From a virus (lineage: Duplodnaviria > Caudoviricetes), in the IMG/VR virus record IMGVR_UViG_3300037339_000563, positions 1-55,380 of that record: a DNA stretch of 55,380 nt, one strand, 5' to 3'. The position numbers and the translations under genes were made by a program. The first letter of the stretch is position 1. Each line of letters begins with the position of its first letter. This document shows, one piece after another, positions 1 to 10,248 of the stretch. The notes under the pieces were generated by a model, which saw nothing but the letters and a program-made list of their open reading frames with translations, was not told where the DNA came from and searched no databases.

Positions 1-130
1 CTTTTCTCGCCAGCTGAGAAACCAACACATACACAGCCACTGGCACTAAGAGGAACGTATACTCCTCCTCTGGGGCGTCGCCGAAGGCTGCAACTGCGTC
101 ATTCTTTGGTTCCGGCCGTATCCTCTCCAT
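1..130 (-). CDS. hypothetical protein, partial (runs off left edge)
   Basis: ATG at 130 preceded by GAGGTGG; open frame MERIRPEPKNDAVAAF... to window edge. Confidence 0.5.
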   Translation of the reverse strand, partial: MERIRPEPKNDAVAAFGDAPEEEYTFLLVPVAVYVLVSQLARK

Positions 131-186
131 GTCAACCACCTCAATACCCTGATATCGCTCTTGATGTCTAAAAACAAGAACAAGAT

Positions 187-885
187 CTAATAGAAGATGT
201 TCCTGCTGGCCCCGGCACCACCAGCCTGACTGATGTACCATTCGATGCCCATTTCAAGCAGGCGATACTCCGCTGCATCCATCTGCCCGCGCTGCACCCC
301 AGCCTTCGCCATGGCCCTCAACATAATTGAGTGCTTTGGAAGATTCTTTTCTCTATCAATAACTTCCATCGCCTTCTCCCAGACCCTCCACGCCATCTCC
401 GTGCGAAAGCCAAGGCCAGGCGACTTCTTGAAGTCGTACTTGCCGCCCTCTCCGTTGCCGTCGTGCTGAAACCCTGGACCACCGATCACTGGGCCACCGG
501 CACGCATAGGAACAGCAGAAAAGGCAGGGAGGGAAAATCCGCCCATCGCAACATTGGGGGCGTCATTGAAATACTCGGCCAACGCTCTACGAAGTCGCGG
601 ATGAGCTGACCCGCTGGGGAACGCATCGCCACCATAATTCGGCCCGTCTCCGCCGTCGATTACCCCAAGGGCACGCCTCATCTCATGCAGAACTCTGGCC
701 CTGGTCGGTCTAATGCCACCCTCTCCCATTGGAGGGCCTGCCGGCGGCGGAGTTCCACCTGAATCGTTACCAGATCCTGGAGCAAAGCTTAAAGGAGTAC
801 CCAATCTGGATGGGTACAACACCGGAAACACAGACAAAACACGCTTTGGCTTCTTGCGTCTTTTGTGCTTCTTGGTCTCCGTCAT
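187..885 (-). CDS. hypothetical protein (Gly/Pro-rich)
   Basis: 232-aa ORF directly downstream of terminase, same strand. Confidence 0.65.
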   Translation of the reverse strand: MTETKKHKRRKKPKRVLSVFPVLYPSRLGTPLSFAPGSGNDSGGTPPPAGPPMGEGGIRPTRARVLHEMRRALGVIDGGDGPNYGGDAFPSGSAHPRLRRALAEYFNDAPNVAMGGFSLPAFSAVPMRAGGPVIGGPGFQHDGNGEGGKYDFKKSPGLGFRTEMAWRVWEKAMEVIDREKNLPKHSIMLRAMAKAGVQRGQMDAAEYRLLEMGIEWYISQAGGAGASRNIFY

Positions 886-889
886 TTGT

Positions 890-2905
890 CTATCCTATCA
901 AGAAAGGCAAAAGTCCATCGCTGGTGGAGTCATCAACGATGTCACGCTGCTCATCCAAAACGGCATCCGAGTGCTGTGATAACCCCTTGTACACCCCCAT
1001 CGGTGCGCCGTGGTACATCGTCGTCAATGTAAAGACGATGCCAGCGAGGGCATCGACTACGTCCTTCGACTTCCCCGCTGGGTGATCTACCTTGTTACGG
1101 ATATTGTCCTTCTGGATCCACTTCAACTCGTCGAGAAGTGGACGATAATCGTAGAAGCTCAATCGATTCTCATAGATCGCTTGCTTAAGGATGTCATACG
1201 CATCCATTGGCTTGTCGACGGAAATCCGCTCGGTTGTCAGACCCTTTCTCGCGAGCTGCTGAAGCGTATCCGCCGAGTTGAACTGATCAGCAGAAACGAA
1301 GCTGATCGAAAATCCCTTCGCCTGGAACTGGTAGATGAGCGACCGCAACCCAGCCTGATCGATTTCCCCACCAACCGGAGGGCTAATGCGAAGAAGGAAA
1401 TCGACCCAGATTTCAGGAGCGCGCTCCGTAAACAACTCCTGCGTCTCCGGGTCCCGGCGGCTCACCATCTTATATCCAGTCACGCAGCCAACGGCGAACC
1501 CGGTCGAGTCATTGTTGAGCGATGGGTCGATGTGAACATGTCTGGCCGATCCAGGATGAAACAGTGGCAGCCAGTCGCGATCAATAGAGGCTCCGTTGCG
1601 CGTCTCAACCTGATGCGCCAGCTTCGACCAAATGAACCGACCGCCCTCGGTTTGAATCCACGCCTCTGTGGTGAACGGATGCGAGCGATTGATATCGATG
1701 TTTGGGATGATTTTGTCGCGAGCCTGAATGAACGGAGAGATCGACACCGTCTCGATGCCGCCTATGTCTCGAATCGAGTCTTCAACGTTGTTGACGAAGT
1801 CGTTTTTGAAGTCGATCGGGACCTCGATAATGAGCATCCCATCCTGGAGCTTCTCCTTGAGCGGAGCAACCTCATCTGGGGCTAGCACCTTCGACGGAAC
1901 CAGGTCGTTTCCGACCAGAACATGGAAGATTTCTTTCGAAAAGATGCCGTCTGGCTTGACGTGCCAGGTGGCATAATCGCGGACGAAAACCGTCGGGTCA
2001 TCCTTGGACTCTCGAATACGCTTGGCGGTGAAGTCGTCCCTGGTTTGCTTCGATGAGACAACAATCATCATTCCAGGCAACTTCCCATGGCGCTGGAAGC
2101 GAGATTTCATACGACGAATGAGCTGGTCGTAGAGAAACGAGGCGCGATCCATGTTGCCAACGCGGCTCTCAATGGAACCTTTCTTCCTCATGGGGGCCAG
2201 GAAGTTAGACTCATCGATCCACGCGGCGAACACGTTCAGACCGAGGGCGGCGCTGTCAGTTGACGCGCGGGCCGCAACCTGAATCTTCCCGGGGAAGATG
2301 ATCTCCTTCTTCATCGGCTTGAAGGGGAAGTTGTCCTTGAAGTAATCACTCTCCTTGATTTTGTTCGCGATGTTCTCAAAGGCAACTTTGATTGCAAGGT
2401 CTTCCTTCACCGAGAGCACAACGAAAGTAATGTCCGTGCCCTTGCCGATACCGAAGCTCTTGTGCGGGTCGCGCATGCACGACAGCTCGTAGATGATCCT
2501 GCAAGCTGCAATGGACGCGAAGAACGACTTCCCCCAGCCGATGCTGCCGCTTAGGATTGTCTCTCGGTAATTACCGCTGAACAGTTCCTTCATGTCTTCA
2601 AGAAGCTTTGGATACAGGACGTCGCATGTCTTGCCGAGATAATACGGATCCCTAATGAATGTCTCGATGTCTACCGGCCTGCGAATATACTCGGCCTCAG
2701 TCAGGACATCGTAAATTCTCGTCGGGGCAACCTCACCCCTGGCTTCGAGATCATTAAAGGCCGGATCATCAAGCTCCCTCAAGCAGAGCATCACTGCCTG
2801 CTTTTCGGATTCGCTCAGGTTCGCAAATTCATGCTGGAGCATACGAATGATCTCATCCTTCGTCTGCTCGCTGCGAACGCGACCACCAAGATCCTTGATG
2901 GCCAT
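890..2905 (-). CDS. terL: terminase large subunit
   Basis: Walker A ILSGSIGWGKS, Walker B AAWIDES, RNase H-like nuclease HVHIDPSLNNDSTG and C-terminal KVDHPAGKSKDVVDALAG. Confidence 0.9.
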   Translation of the reverse strand: MAIKDLGGRVRSEQTKDEIIRMLQHEFANLSESEKQAVMLCLRELDDPAFNDLEARGEVAPTRIYDVLTEAEYIRRPVDIETFIRDPYYLGKTCDVLYPKLLEDMKELFSGNYRETILSGSIGWGKSFFASIAACRIIYELSCMRDPHKSFGIGKGTDITFVVLSVKEDLAIKVAFENIANKIKESDYFKDNFPFKPMKKEIIFPGKIQVAARASTDSAALGLNVFAAWIDESNFLAPMRKKGSIESRVGNMDRASFLYDQLIRRMKSRFQRHGKLPGMMIVVSSKQTRDDFTAKRIRESKDDPTVFVRDYATWHVKPDGIFSKEIFHVLVGNDLVPSKVLAPDEVAPLKEKLQDGMLIIEVPIDFKNDFVNNVEDSIRDIGGIETVSISPFIQARDKIIPNIDINRSHPFTTEAWIQTEGGRFIWSKLAHQVETRNGASIDRDWLPLFHPGSARHVHIDPSLNNDSTGFAVGCVTGYKMVSRRDPETQELFTERAPEIWVDFLLRISPPVGGEIDQAGLRSLIYQFQAKGFSISFVSADQFNSADTLQQLARKGLTTERISVDKPMDAYDILKQAIYENRLSFYDYRPLLDELKWIQKDNIRNKVDHPAGKSKDVVDALAGIVFTLTTMYHGAPMGVYKGLSQHSDAVLDEQRDIVDDSTSDGLLPFLIG

Positions 2906-2907
2906 GG

Positions 2908-3738
2908 CTATTCGCTGTCGCCTTCAGCGTTCTCGTCGTTGGGCAGCTCTGACCCTAGCTCTGAGGAATCGCTCGATTCAACATCTATCACGTCATCGCC
3001 GACAAATTCCGTCGCACTTCTAACGATCTCAGTAGCGTCCAGATTAGCCTTGGCGCTAAGCGCCATAAGCGCTTCAACCATACCCAAGACCTTTCTCCGA
3101 CCATCCGGATCAGCCATCACCTTGCCAACGCCATCCGTGTATCGATCACTAATCTGAACTGCCGCTGAACCAGAAACCGAGACTTCTCCGAGCTGCCGCT
3201 TGGCGAGGCCAAGGTCCATCTTGAGATCTGACGTCTGCTTCAAGATCTTCATCGCGTAGAAGATCTCCCTGCCGGTCGTTTGAAACAGCTTGTTGATCTT
3301 CTTCTCGTTCTCGACGTCGATCTTGATTCGGTCCATCTGCAAGTCGTACAGCTCGCTGAGCTTCGCCAGCTCCTCCATGCCGTTAGCTACCTTCTGCGCT
3401 GCATGCATCGCCACGGTCGTATTCTGCGTCGTGATTAAAAGCTCAGCAGGCGGTATGGTTCTCCTGAATTCGTCAACCATCTTTCGGACATAAGCTGAAC
3501 TAAGGTGAGTCAGCTCCTGGCTGTCTTCCTGAATAAACTTGACCAGATCAGGGGCCGACCACCCCATGCGAACCCTGCGCTCCACCTCATCGAAGCACCG
3601 ACAGTCCTGCAGTGCCGAAGCTGCCTTTTTGGGTTCTCTACTTATCGGCTTGATTGGAGGGCGGCGAGTGCTGGACATGGTGTTGCGCCTGTTGAAAGCT
3701 ATACCTGGATCTTCATCCACAGCATAGAAGCTGCCCAT
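2908..3738 (-). CDS. helical protein, possible terminase small subunit
   Basis: immediately upstream of terL; N-terminal HTH-like then coiled-coil region; assignment by synteny only. Confidence 0.45.
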   Translation of the reverse strand: MGSFYAVDEDPGIAFNRRNTMSSTRRPPIKPISREPKKAASALQDCRCFDEVERRVRMGWSAPDLVKFIQEDSQELTHLSSAYVRKMVDEFRRTIPPAELLITTQNTTVAMHAAQKVANGMEELAKLSELYDLQMDRIKIDVENEKKINKLFQTTGREIFYAMKILKQTSDLKMDLGLAKRQLGEVSVSGSAAVQISDRYTDGVGKVMADPDGRRKVLGMVEALMALSAKANLDATEIVRSATEFVGDDVIDVESSDSSELGSELPNDENAEGDSE

Positions 3739-3813
3739 ATCTTAGCCGAAAACACAACTTGGCTCAAACCAGGTGAATGTAGCAGAGGATACACGCGCAA
3801 ACACTTGCGCGGA

Positions 3814-5154
3814 TCACTGTTCCTGCTGCGCCTGCATCACCGAGGCGAAGTCAAAGTCCTCCCCGGTTGCTGTGCTCAAGATCTGATTAACGTTTTCTAA
3901 GATCTTAGCATTGCGACCCTCATCGAACCCATAACCACGCCGCATGGGAACGAGGATGCTCCTGACAAAGTCGAATTGGTTACCGATAACCGACTCTGGA
4001 TCTTCCTGAAGGAAGATAAGCCTAGCGACAAAGCCCGCAACGTGTTCAACCGGGACGCCGACCTCAATCATAATCCGACACAAAAGTCCTACGATCGTCT
4101 CGTCGGCAGCCTTGGACATCTGCTTGAACGTCATCAAGCATTCGGCCCGCTCACGATCGCCAAATCCCTGAACCAGGGATGACGTGTCAGATCCAAACGG
4201 CGGGGAGCCCGGGGCTGGCTCTTCGAGTGGACCAGCGAGTCGCCTGCCCCATCCACGCGCTCTATGGGCAAGATATCCATCCGCTGTAGCAGTCGGACTT
4301 GGCAGGGTTACACCAAATCCATAGGCAACCACCGACCCGGAAGCCTCATTGAAGAGAAAGTCGGCCAGCGATCGATTTCCAGTTCCGAGCACAAAGTCCA
4401 AGGCAATCATCCGATACAGGCCATGCCTGAGCGCGCCCGACGACCTCTCCCACCTGTTGGCCGCATCTGGCCCCAAGGTCGCCCAGTACTCGACGAAATT
4501 GCGGGCGTTTAACGGGGTCGCCTGCAGCGCGGCAATGACGCCAAACGTCTCGTCCACGAGTATCTGATCAATACCAAGCTCGGCGGCAACCTTGTCCCTG
4601 ACTGCATCGGAAATCAAAGGAACAAGATTCGCCTCTCTGATGGCTATCGGAGGCAGCAGATCCTCGCATCCGAGCCCCTTGGCAATCTCGTAAGCAGCCT
4701 GCTCGCGCCTTAGGACGTCATGGTTCTCGACGGAGAGGCCATATTCCTGGCCCCATGCCTCATAAATCGTATCAAATCCAACGGTATCAAAACGAAGAAC
4801 AGCACTTCGCAGCTCTCCTTCTTGATTCCGACATCGAACCCAAAACGACCCACCGAGTCCATCCTGCACTCGCTCCTCAAGATGCTCGATAGGAACTGTC
4901 CGCAGCCAAGCCCAGAGAACTGGCTCTCCAATGTTCCACGGCGGGTCGGAAACCGAACCGTCAACCCTGACAGCCGGCAACAAGACAACCCCGGTCTTCT
5001 CGTGAAGAACGGGGGTCGCCGGAAGTTCGTCGATGATTGGTGCCGTATCGTCTATGGAAGGCTTGTCGTTTAGTCGCGCTGACAGGCCTGGCGGATTCTG
5101 TGAAAGGGCACCAAATACACTACGAAGCGCTGGCGTCTGGCTCGTCGGGGGCAT
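3814..5154 (-). CDS. PI3K/PI4K/HipA-like kinase fold protein, likely pseudokinase
   Basis: REQAAYEIAKGLGCEDLLPP and RMIALDFVLGTGNRSLADF; catalytic DxHxxN and IDH motifs degenerate. Confidence 0.7.
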   Translation of the reverse strand: MPPTSQTPALRSVFGALSQNPPGLSARLNDKPSIDDTAPIIDELPATPVLHEKTGVVLLPAVRVDGSVSDPPWNIGEPVLWAWLRTVPIEHLEERVQDGLGGSFWVRCRNQEGELRSAVLRFDTVGFDTIYEAWGQEYGLSVENHDVLRREQAAYEIAKGLGCEDLLPPIAIREANLVPLISDAVRDKVAAELGIDQILVDETFGVIAALQATPLNARNFVEYWATLGPDAANRWERSSGALRHGLYRMIALDFVLGTGNRSLADFLFNEASGSVVAYGFGVTLPSPTATADGYLAHRARGWGRRLAGPLEEPAPGSPPFGSDTSSLVQGFGDRERAECLMTFKQMSKAADETIVGLLCRIMIEVGVPVEHVAGFVARLIFLQEDPESVIGNQFDFVRSILVPMRRGYGFDEGRNAKILENVNQILSTATGEDFDFASVMQAQQEQ

Positions 5155-5425
5155 AAATGTCCTGCTCCGGCAATGTATTGACCAAGTCGGACGACTTGCC
5201 TAGATACTTCTCCGCCGATCTAATATCAGCAACGTCTACAAGGCGAGAGACGCTGTAGCCGTTGCCCATTTCATTGGCGGCATCCAAGAGCGTGGCGTAA
5301 TAGGTCGCCTTCTCTTCTTGGGTACCGTCTCTGTATAGCGTCTTGGACGAGACGCAATCGACATCATGCCATAGGATCTGAGTAACCTTGCCCGTATCAA
5401 CCGATGACACAATCAAAACTTTCAT
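5120..5425 (-). CDS. small protein upstream of kinase-like gene
   Basis: 101-aa ORF packed between two kinase-like genes. Confidence 0.65.
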   Translation of the reverse strand: MKVLIVSSVDTGKVTQILWHDVDCVSSKTLYRDGTQEEKATYYATLLDAANEMGNGYSVSRLVDVADIRSAEKYLGKSSDLVNTLPEQDIYAPDEPDASAS

Positions 5426-7018
5426 CTACTTTTTCTCCCCGCCAGGCGCGCTGAACCTGATGCCCTTGAGCGCCTTCTGAACAGAATTGTCCGGTTTAAC
5501 CCTGATATCGTCAAGCGCTCGCTGGACCGACCCGTGGTGCGACGGCGCCTTGGCCTGCGCTGCCGGCCTCTTTCGCGGCTCCGGCTTCTTACGCTGCCTA
5601 AGAGGGCGCTCGCCTGCCGCCGGGGCTGCTGCCGCCTGAGCTGCTGGACGCTGGGCTACCGCTCGCGCCCTGGCCGCCACTGGCCCAGGGGCCGCCGCTG
5701 CCGCCAGCCTGGCGTCCTTGCGCACCTGCGCATTTACCTGCGCATGCCTTTGCGGCGCGTAATGATCGATTCGCCTATCAAGGGTGCCCTCAAGGCCATG
5801 AGTCAATAGGTCGCGAGCATGATTCTGGAGGTCGCGAGCATCTCCCGGTGACAGGTTTAACTTACCAGGCCCATTGGTGTAATAGCCGTCGGCAACTCTA
5901 TCGAGCACCTCTTTCATTCTCGGCGGATAATTTGTCCCGACTGGAATCATTTTACCGTTACTATCCTTGGGCAATTTAGCCTGATAGTCAAGAACGCCAC
6001 CCGGCGTGAACACTGACTTAACCGAGTGAGTGCCGTACTTCCTCATGTTTCCACGGGCATTGACTGAATCCAGCGCCATGTCGTGGTCGATCAGAACCGG
6101 GTGACCGCTCTGGTGAATCATCACGTTTTCGTGGTGTCCGTCCTGATTACCAAAAAGCAAATGGGCGACCATTCCATGAAGTCGATGGTCTGAGTCAACC
6201 TTATCCAACTCTCCCTGAGAAGACCTGCCAACTGTCTCCAGTCCGGGCATAAACTCATTTACGTGAGCAGGTTCGCCGGCAACGCCGCTGGCCACTTCCC
6301 TGCGCTGAAATTCATTCGCATTCGGGTCCGGATCCGGGCCTCCAAACTGATGACGCTGATGCATTGTCGACTGCGCACCCGGCGTGACCATATGATGGGC
6401 ACCCATGGCCGACATTAATTCATATGTCGCGTCATGGCGATTGGCCATGTTCGGCTGATCTCTGGTGTACGAATCAAGCGATTCCTGACCAATCGCTCCA
6501 CGCTTTTGAAGAGCGTGCCACATGCCAGATACCGGCTTAGCTATATACTTGTGCCCGTTGTCCAGCTCTCCGTGATAAACGAGATTGACATTGCTGCTAC
6601 TCACGAGCCTAGCCAGTGACTTATTGTTCGCTGCCGGGTCGTGATACGCCTTATGGAAAGACGAGTAGCGCTCTGCTGGCTGGGCCAAATCCGGCCTGGT
6701 TCTCGACGCCAAGCTTGGTTCGGCACTGTGCAGCTCGGTCTTCCCCGGAACAGCCCCCCATTTGGCCCAAGCCGGTTGCTGCTGCGCTGGCGGCGCCTGG
6801 GCGGCGGATTGCGGAGCCTGGGCTCCTGGCGACGGCATGGCCAGGCGCGGGTCGGGAGCGGCCTGCGGGGCAGGAGCGGCCTGAGCGGCCCTCTGGGCAA
6901 GAGCAGCTTGGCTAATATTGCCAGGCCTCGCCAGGCTGGTCGCCTCCAGCATGATCTCCTTCAATTGACCGGCACGCAGCAGCTGGACCGTGTCAATCCA
7001 TGACTTTCTTTTCAACAT
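5426..7018 (-). CDS. PI3K/PI4K/HipA-like kinase with low-complexity termini
   Basis: YIAKP lysine, RHDATYELM, catalytic loop HLLFGNQDGHHENVMI, metal-binding VLIDHD. Confidence 0.8.
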   Translation of the reverse strand: MLKRKSWIDTVQLLRAGQLKEIMLEATSLARPGNISQAALAQRAAQAAPAPQAAPDPRLAMPSPGAQAPQSAAQAPPAQQQPAWAKWGAVPGKTELHSAEPSLASRTRPDLAQPAERYSSFHKAYHDPAANNKSLARLVSSSNVNLVYHGELDNGHKYIAKPVSGMWHALQKRGAIGQESLDSYTRDQPNMANRHDATYELMSAMGAHHMVTPGAQSTMHQRHQFGGPDPDPNANEFQRREVASGVAGEPAHVNEFMPGLETVGRSSQGELDKVDSDHRLHGMVAHLLFGNQDGHHENVMIHQSGHPVLIDHDMALDSVNARGNMRKYGTHSVKSVFTPGGVLDYQAKLPKDSNGKMIPVGTNYPPRMKEVLDRVADGYYTNGPGKLNLSPGDARDLQNHARDLLTHGLEGTLDRRIDHYAPQRHAQVNAQVRKDARLAAAAAPGPVAARARAVAQRPAAQAAAAPAAGERPLRQRKKPEPRKRPAAQAKAPSHHGSVQRALDDIRVKPDNSVQKALKGIRFSAPGGEKK

Positions 7019-7278
7019 TAGTCAAAGATCTCCATAGCTATCATTGGACATGTCAACAAACGACGACGGAGCCATTCCAGCGGTGACACACCGGCGGCCT
7101 CGGCCATAAGAACGTGGTCTTCCTTGGAGGCAGGAATCAAATCACTCCAAATACCACTCACAGAAAGCGTTCCGTCCGCCTCCTGCCATGCATCGGCAGC
7201 GTGAGTCGAGACCATGTCGCCGTTCACCATGTTGATCATGATGATGCGGAGCCGTCGGTCATCGAGGATTGTCTTCAT
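7018..7278 (-). CDS. small kinase-associated protein (paralog of 8926-9228)
   Basis: RRLRII...AWQEADGTLSVSG...SPL aligns with RRIRLI...AWQGADGSLRGTG...SPL. Confidence 0.7.
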   Translation of the reverse strand: MKTILDDRRLRIIMINMVNGDMVSTHAADAWQEADGTLSVSGIWSDLIPASKEDHVLMAEAAGVSPLEWLRRRLLTCPMIAMEIFD

Positions 7279-8929
7279 CTTTGCCTCCAGACTTCATCTC
7301 TGCGTGGAAGTCGAATTTCCGGATGAGCACCTTATGCATGATGTTGTTGACGAATTTACCAACCTCATTCATGAGCGGATCGGATGGCCCGGATACCAAC
7401 GACGCATAGTACCTAGCCGCAAAATACGGATCCTTGGCGATGTCCTTGGAGTGCGTTTCCATCATCCAAATTCGACTTAGAACACCTGAAATCTGCAGCG
7501 CAGTGAGCTTGTGTTCCATCAAGGACTTAGCCAGCTCAATCGCCCGATCCCCTCTCATTCGAGAAGAGATCGATATCCCAATGGACTCATAATCCGCAAT
7601 CTCAGCGTCGCCACCGCGCACCGCAAGCATCGTAGACACCTCGCTCCAGAACAGCGGCAGGCCGTTAGGATTGTCATCAACATAGCCGCCGTACCCGCCG
7701 CTCGCATACGCCAATCCAATTGTCCTAGGGCATGGCATCGAAAGCTCCCCGCCGAACACCATGACCGGGTGTCTAACATCGTCGGAAAACGCCATGTCGC
7801 CAAACGATCGATCCAGGGATCCAATCACGAAATCTAGGGCAGCCATGCGCAGAAAGCCAACCCTTCGTTCAGGAGGCATAACTGCCCAAATGCTGTTGAG
7901 GGCATCTGGATCATTATTGCCAAACAGATTGCGGAACCACTCCTCTGATTCAATTGGCCATGGCTCGCCACGCACCAATTGAATTGTTGCGTGGCCGCTA
8001 ATCTGTTCCCTGACAAGACCTGGATCTTTACCTGTCGCGTTCGACACCCATTCGTTAACCTGCTCAATCAACGAATCCGGAAGCAACGACCTAATGTCAC
8101 CTTCTTCGTCGACGCGATGCACTGTTGGCGGCGTTAGATCATCGAGACCGCAAGCCTTGGCCACTTCATAAGAGCACACTGCGCGTCTCGACAGCGGACC
8201 ATCATCGGCTGAGAAGTCGATGATGTCGCCCCATAGCTGCTTACTCAGCGGACAGCGCAACGACTCCATCCACATATACCCGTAGAACGTTCCGCCGCCT
8301 ATTGCCTCAATCTTGGCGATCATCAAGCCATTGCTGCCGCCCGCCAACCTCATTTTCTTGATAGTCCCAGAACGCAAAGACACCAAGAGGCCAGGCTCGT
8401 CGGCGCCCCATAAAATCCGGTCAGTGGGAACAACCGTAATGGTAGGTAGACCAATGGATACAGAATTCTGGAGCGGAGAAGCGTTGATTTTTTTATCGAA
8501 TTTCTTTCTCACCTCTGCCGGAATCGGATCCTGTGGTTTCTCCTTTTTACTATTTTTCTTTAACCATGGGATATCGTGACGCCTAACCGTCATGCGGGCG
8601 AGCGGCGCCTCCTGCTGTGGAGCGACGCCCTGATCTGTGGACTGGGCTGGATCTTGGGATGGGTCCTGAGCCCCGACAACATCCTGACCTTGCTGATCTG
8701 CAGGCTGCGCCGGCTCCTGAGCCCCGGCGGCCTCCTGGGATGGCTCAGCTTTAGCCGAGTCAACAGCGCCAGACCTCTTGTGCGCAGCGTACCGATCGCC
8801 TGGAGCAGCCTTCTTTACATGAAATGCCTGATCAACCGTCTTGGTGCCGCCGTCGCCACTTTTGCGTCGAACCCTCTTCAGGACCCTCACAAGCGACGAA
8901 CCAAATACTTCACCCAGATGCTTGGTCAC
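7259..8929 (-). CDS. PI3K/PI4K/HipA-like kinase fold protein, likely pseudokinase
   Basis: RRAVCSYEVAKACGLDDLTPPT and RMAALDFVIGSLDRSFGD; IDH replaced by FGG. Confidence 0.7.
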   Translation of the reverse strand: MTKHLGEVFGSSLVRVLKRVRRKSGDGGTKTVDQAFHVKKAAPGDRYAAHKRSGAVDSAKAEPSQEAAGAQEPAQPADQQGQDVVGAQDPSQDPAQSTDQGVAPQQEAPLARMTVRRHDIPWLKKNSKKEKPQDPIPAEVRKKFDKKINASPLQNSVSIGLPTITVVPTDRILWGADEPGLLVSLRSGTIKKMRLAGGSNGLMIAKIEAIGGGTFYGYMWMESLRCPLSKQLWGDIIDFSADDGPLSRRAVCSYEVAKACGLDDLTPPTVHRVDEEGDIRSLLPDSLIEQVNEWVSNATGKDPGLVREQISGHATIQLVRGEPWPIESEEWFRNLFGNNDPDALNSIWAVMPPERRVGFLRMAALDFVIGSLDRSFGDMAFSDDVRHPVMVFGGELSMPCPRTIGLAYASGGYGGYVDDNPNGLPLFWSEVSTMLAVRGGDAEIADYESIGISISSRMRGDRAIELAKSLMEHKLTALQISGVLSRIWMMETHSKDIAKDPYFAARYYASLVSGPSDPLMNEVGKFVNNIMHKVLIRKFDFHAEMKSGGKDEDNPR

Positions 8930-9228
8930 TTTTTCACCAGCTCTGCTCTGATAAATGAGCTTCTCGAAACGCGCGCGTAAAACACCGAAAGCGGCGAGAT
9001 GTCTTTGGATATAGACGCTGCTCTGTATTTAGTCAGGGACACGGGCTCAAAAAGCATCACTGCGGCAATGCCGGTGCCACGCAGACTACCATCGGCACCC
9101 TGCCACGCTTCGCCGACAATTGATTTGTCGCCTCCGGTGGCCGGATCAATACTAATCAGCCTAATCCGACGAGGATCCCCGACGATATCATCCGGGAGTA
9201 ACTGAGCTTTGTTAGCCTGCTTGGCCAT
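8926..9228 (-). CDS. small kinase-associated protein (paralog of 7018-7278)
   Basis: shared AWQxADG motif; overlaps start of downstream kinase-like gene. Confidence 0.7.
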   Translation of the reverse strand: MAKQANKAQLLPDDIVGDPRRIRLISIDPATGGDKSIVGEAWQGADGSLRGTGIAAVMLFEPVSLTKYRAASISKDISPLSVFYARVSRSSFIRAELVKK

Positions 9229-9999
9229 TTATGGCTCCACGCCTCTTGAGGCATCGACGATGGCTTCCTCGATGATCTCATTGATGTCAATTTTCTTGTC
9301 CCGGGACGCCCGTACGATTCTCTTCATCGCCTCGCGGGTCTTGTCAGACATCGCGACGTAGATGTGCTCCTTGCCACCCCAGGAGAAAACGACGAATCCA
9401 TACTTCGCCGTCTCCCCGCTGTCGGCGATCAGTCTCTGGATGATCTTCTCAAGGTCGCCGATAGTCTTGGCTTCCTTGGCCTGTTCCTGGAACTGCTTGG
9501 CCAATTCTGGATCAAGCGTCTTGGCCAAATCACCTTTGACCTGCTTAATTATTTTCTTGAGGCCAGCGTCGCTGGCATAGCCAAGCATCCTGGTTACTGA
9601 ATCGCCATACTTGCCGGCCATCTCATTGTAGAGCACGACCATCTTCTCTGGATTTATCTTGCCGTGCAGAACGTTCAATCTGACGGTCTGCAGCTTCTGA
9701 AGGTCTTCGTCCTTCCACCGGTCACCTTGAAGCACGTCGACCGGAATCTGACGAAGGTTAAGCTCCTTGGCCGCAGCAACTCGATGATGCCCGCCTATGA
9801 TCCGATAGAAACTATTGCCTCTGGCGTCCTCAACCTCAACGACCGTTGGGGGGTCGATGAATCCGATCTCGCCAATTTGCTCTTTGAGCAAATTGAATTC
9901 TTCGGGCGCCATCTCATTGGGATTCCACTCGGACCCAATGAGAAGATTCGGATCGATCTCAATCCTTGAGATGTCGGCAGATTTTTCCACGGCCCTCAT
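9229..9999 (-). CDS. ParB/Srx-like N-terminal domain protein
   Basis: WNPNEM, GFIDPPTV, YRIIGGHHRVAAAKELN. Confidence 0.85.
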   Translation of the reverse strand: MRAVEKSADISRIEIDPNLLIGSEWNPNEMAPEEFNLLKEQIGEIGFIDPPTVVEVEDARGNSFYRIIGGHHRVAAAKELNLRQIPVDVLQGDRWKDEDLQKLQTVRLNVLHGKINPEKMVVLYNEMAGKYGDSVTRMLGYASDAGLKKIIKQVKGDLAKTLDPELAKQFQEQAKEAKTIGDLEKIIQRLIADSGETAKYGFVVFSWGGKEHIYVAMSDKTREAMKRIVRASRDKKIDINEIIEEAIVDASRGVEP

Positions 10000-10211
10000 A
10001 CTTCAAGAACCTCAACGAGCGCCATAAGTCTCTCCGCAGCCAGCTGGATTTCTCCTCTGAGCTGAAACTGAAAGATCTCAGAATTCAAATCGTTCGATGG
10101 CAACTCGTCACCCGGAACGCCCCCGGCCAACCTCTCATGCCATCGCTGAAGGATGGCGATAACCTGCTCGACCTCCGAGCGGAGCGTGTCTGGCTGAAGT
10201 CGCATTGTCAT
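9996..10211 (-). CDS. hypothetical protein
   Basis: 71-aa ORF overlapping the ParB start (ATGA). Confidence 0.55.
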   Translation of the reverse strand: MTMRLQPDTLRSEVEQVIAILQRWHERLAGGVPGDELPSNDLNSEIFQFQLRGEIQLAAERLMALVEVLEV

Positions 10212-10248
10212 GCTGCATCCTATCTACCACAAGTGGGCAGATCTAGAG

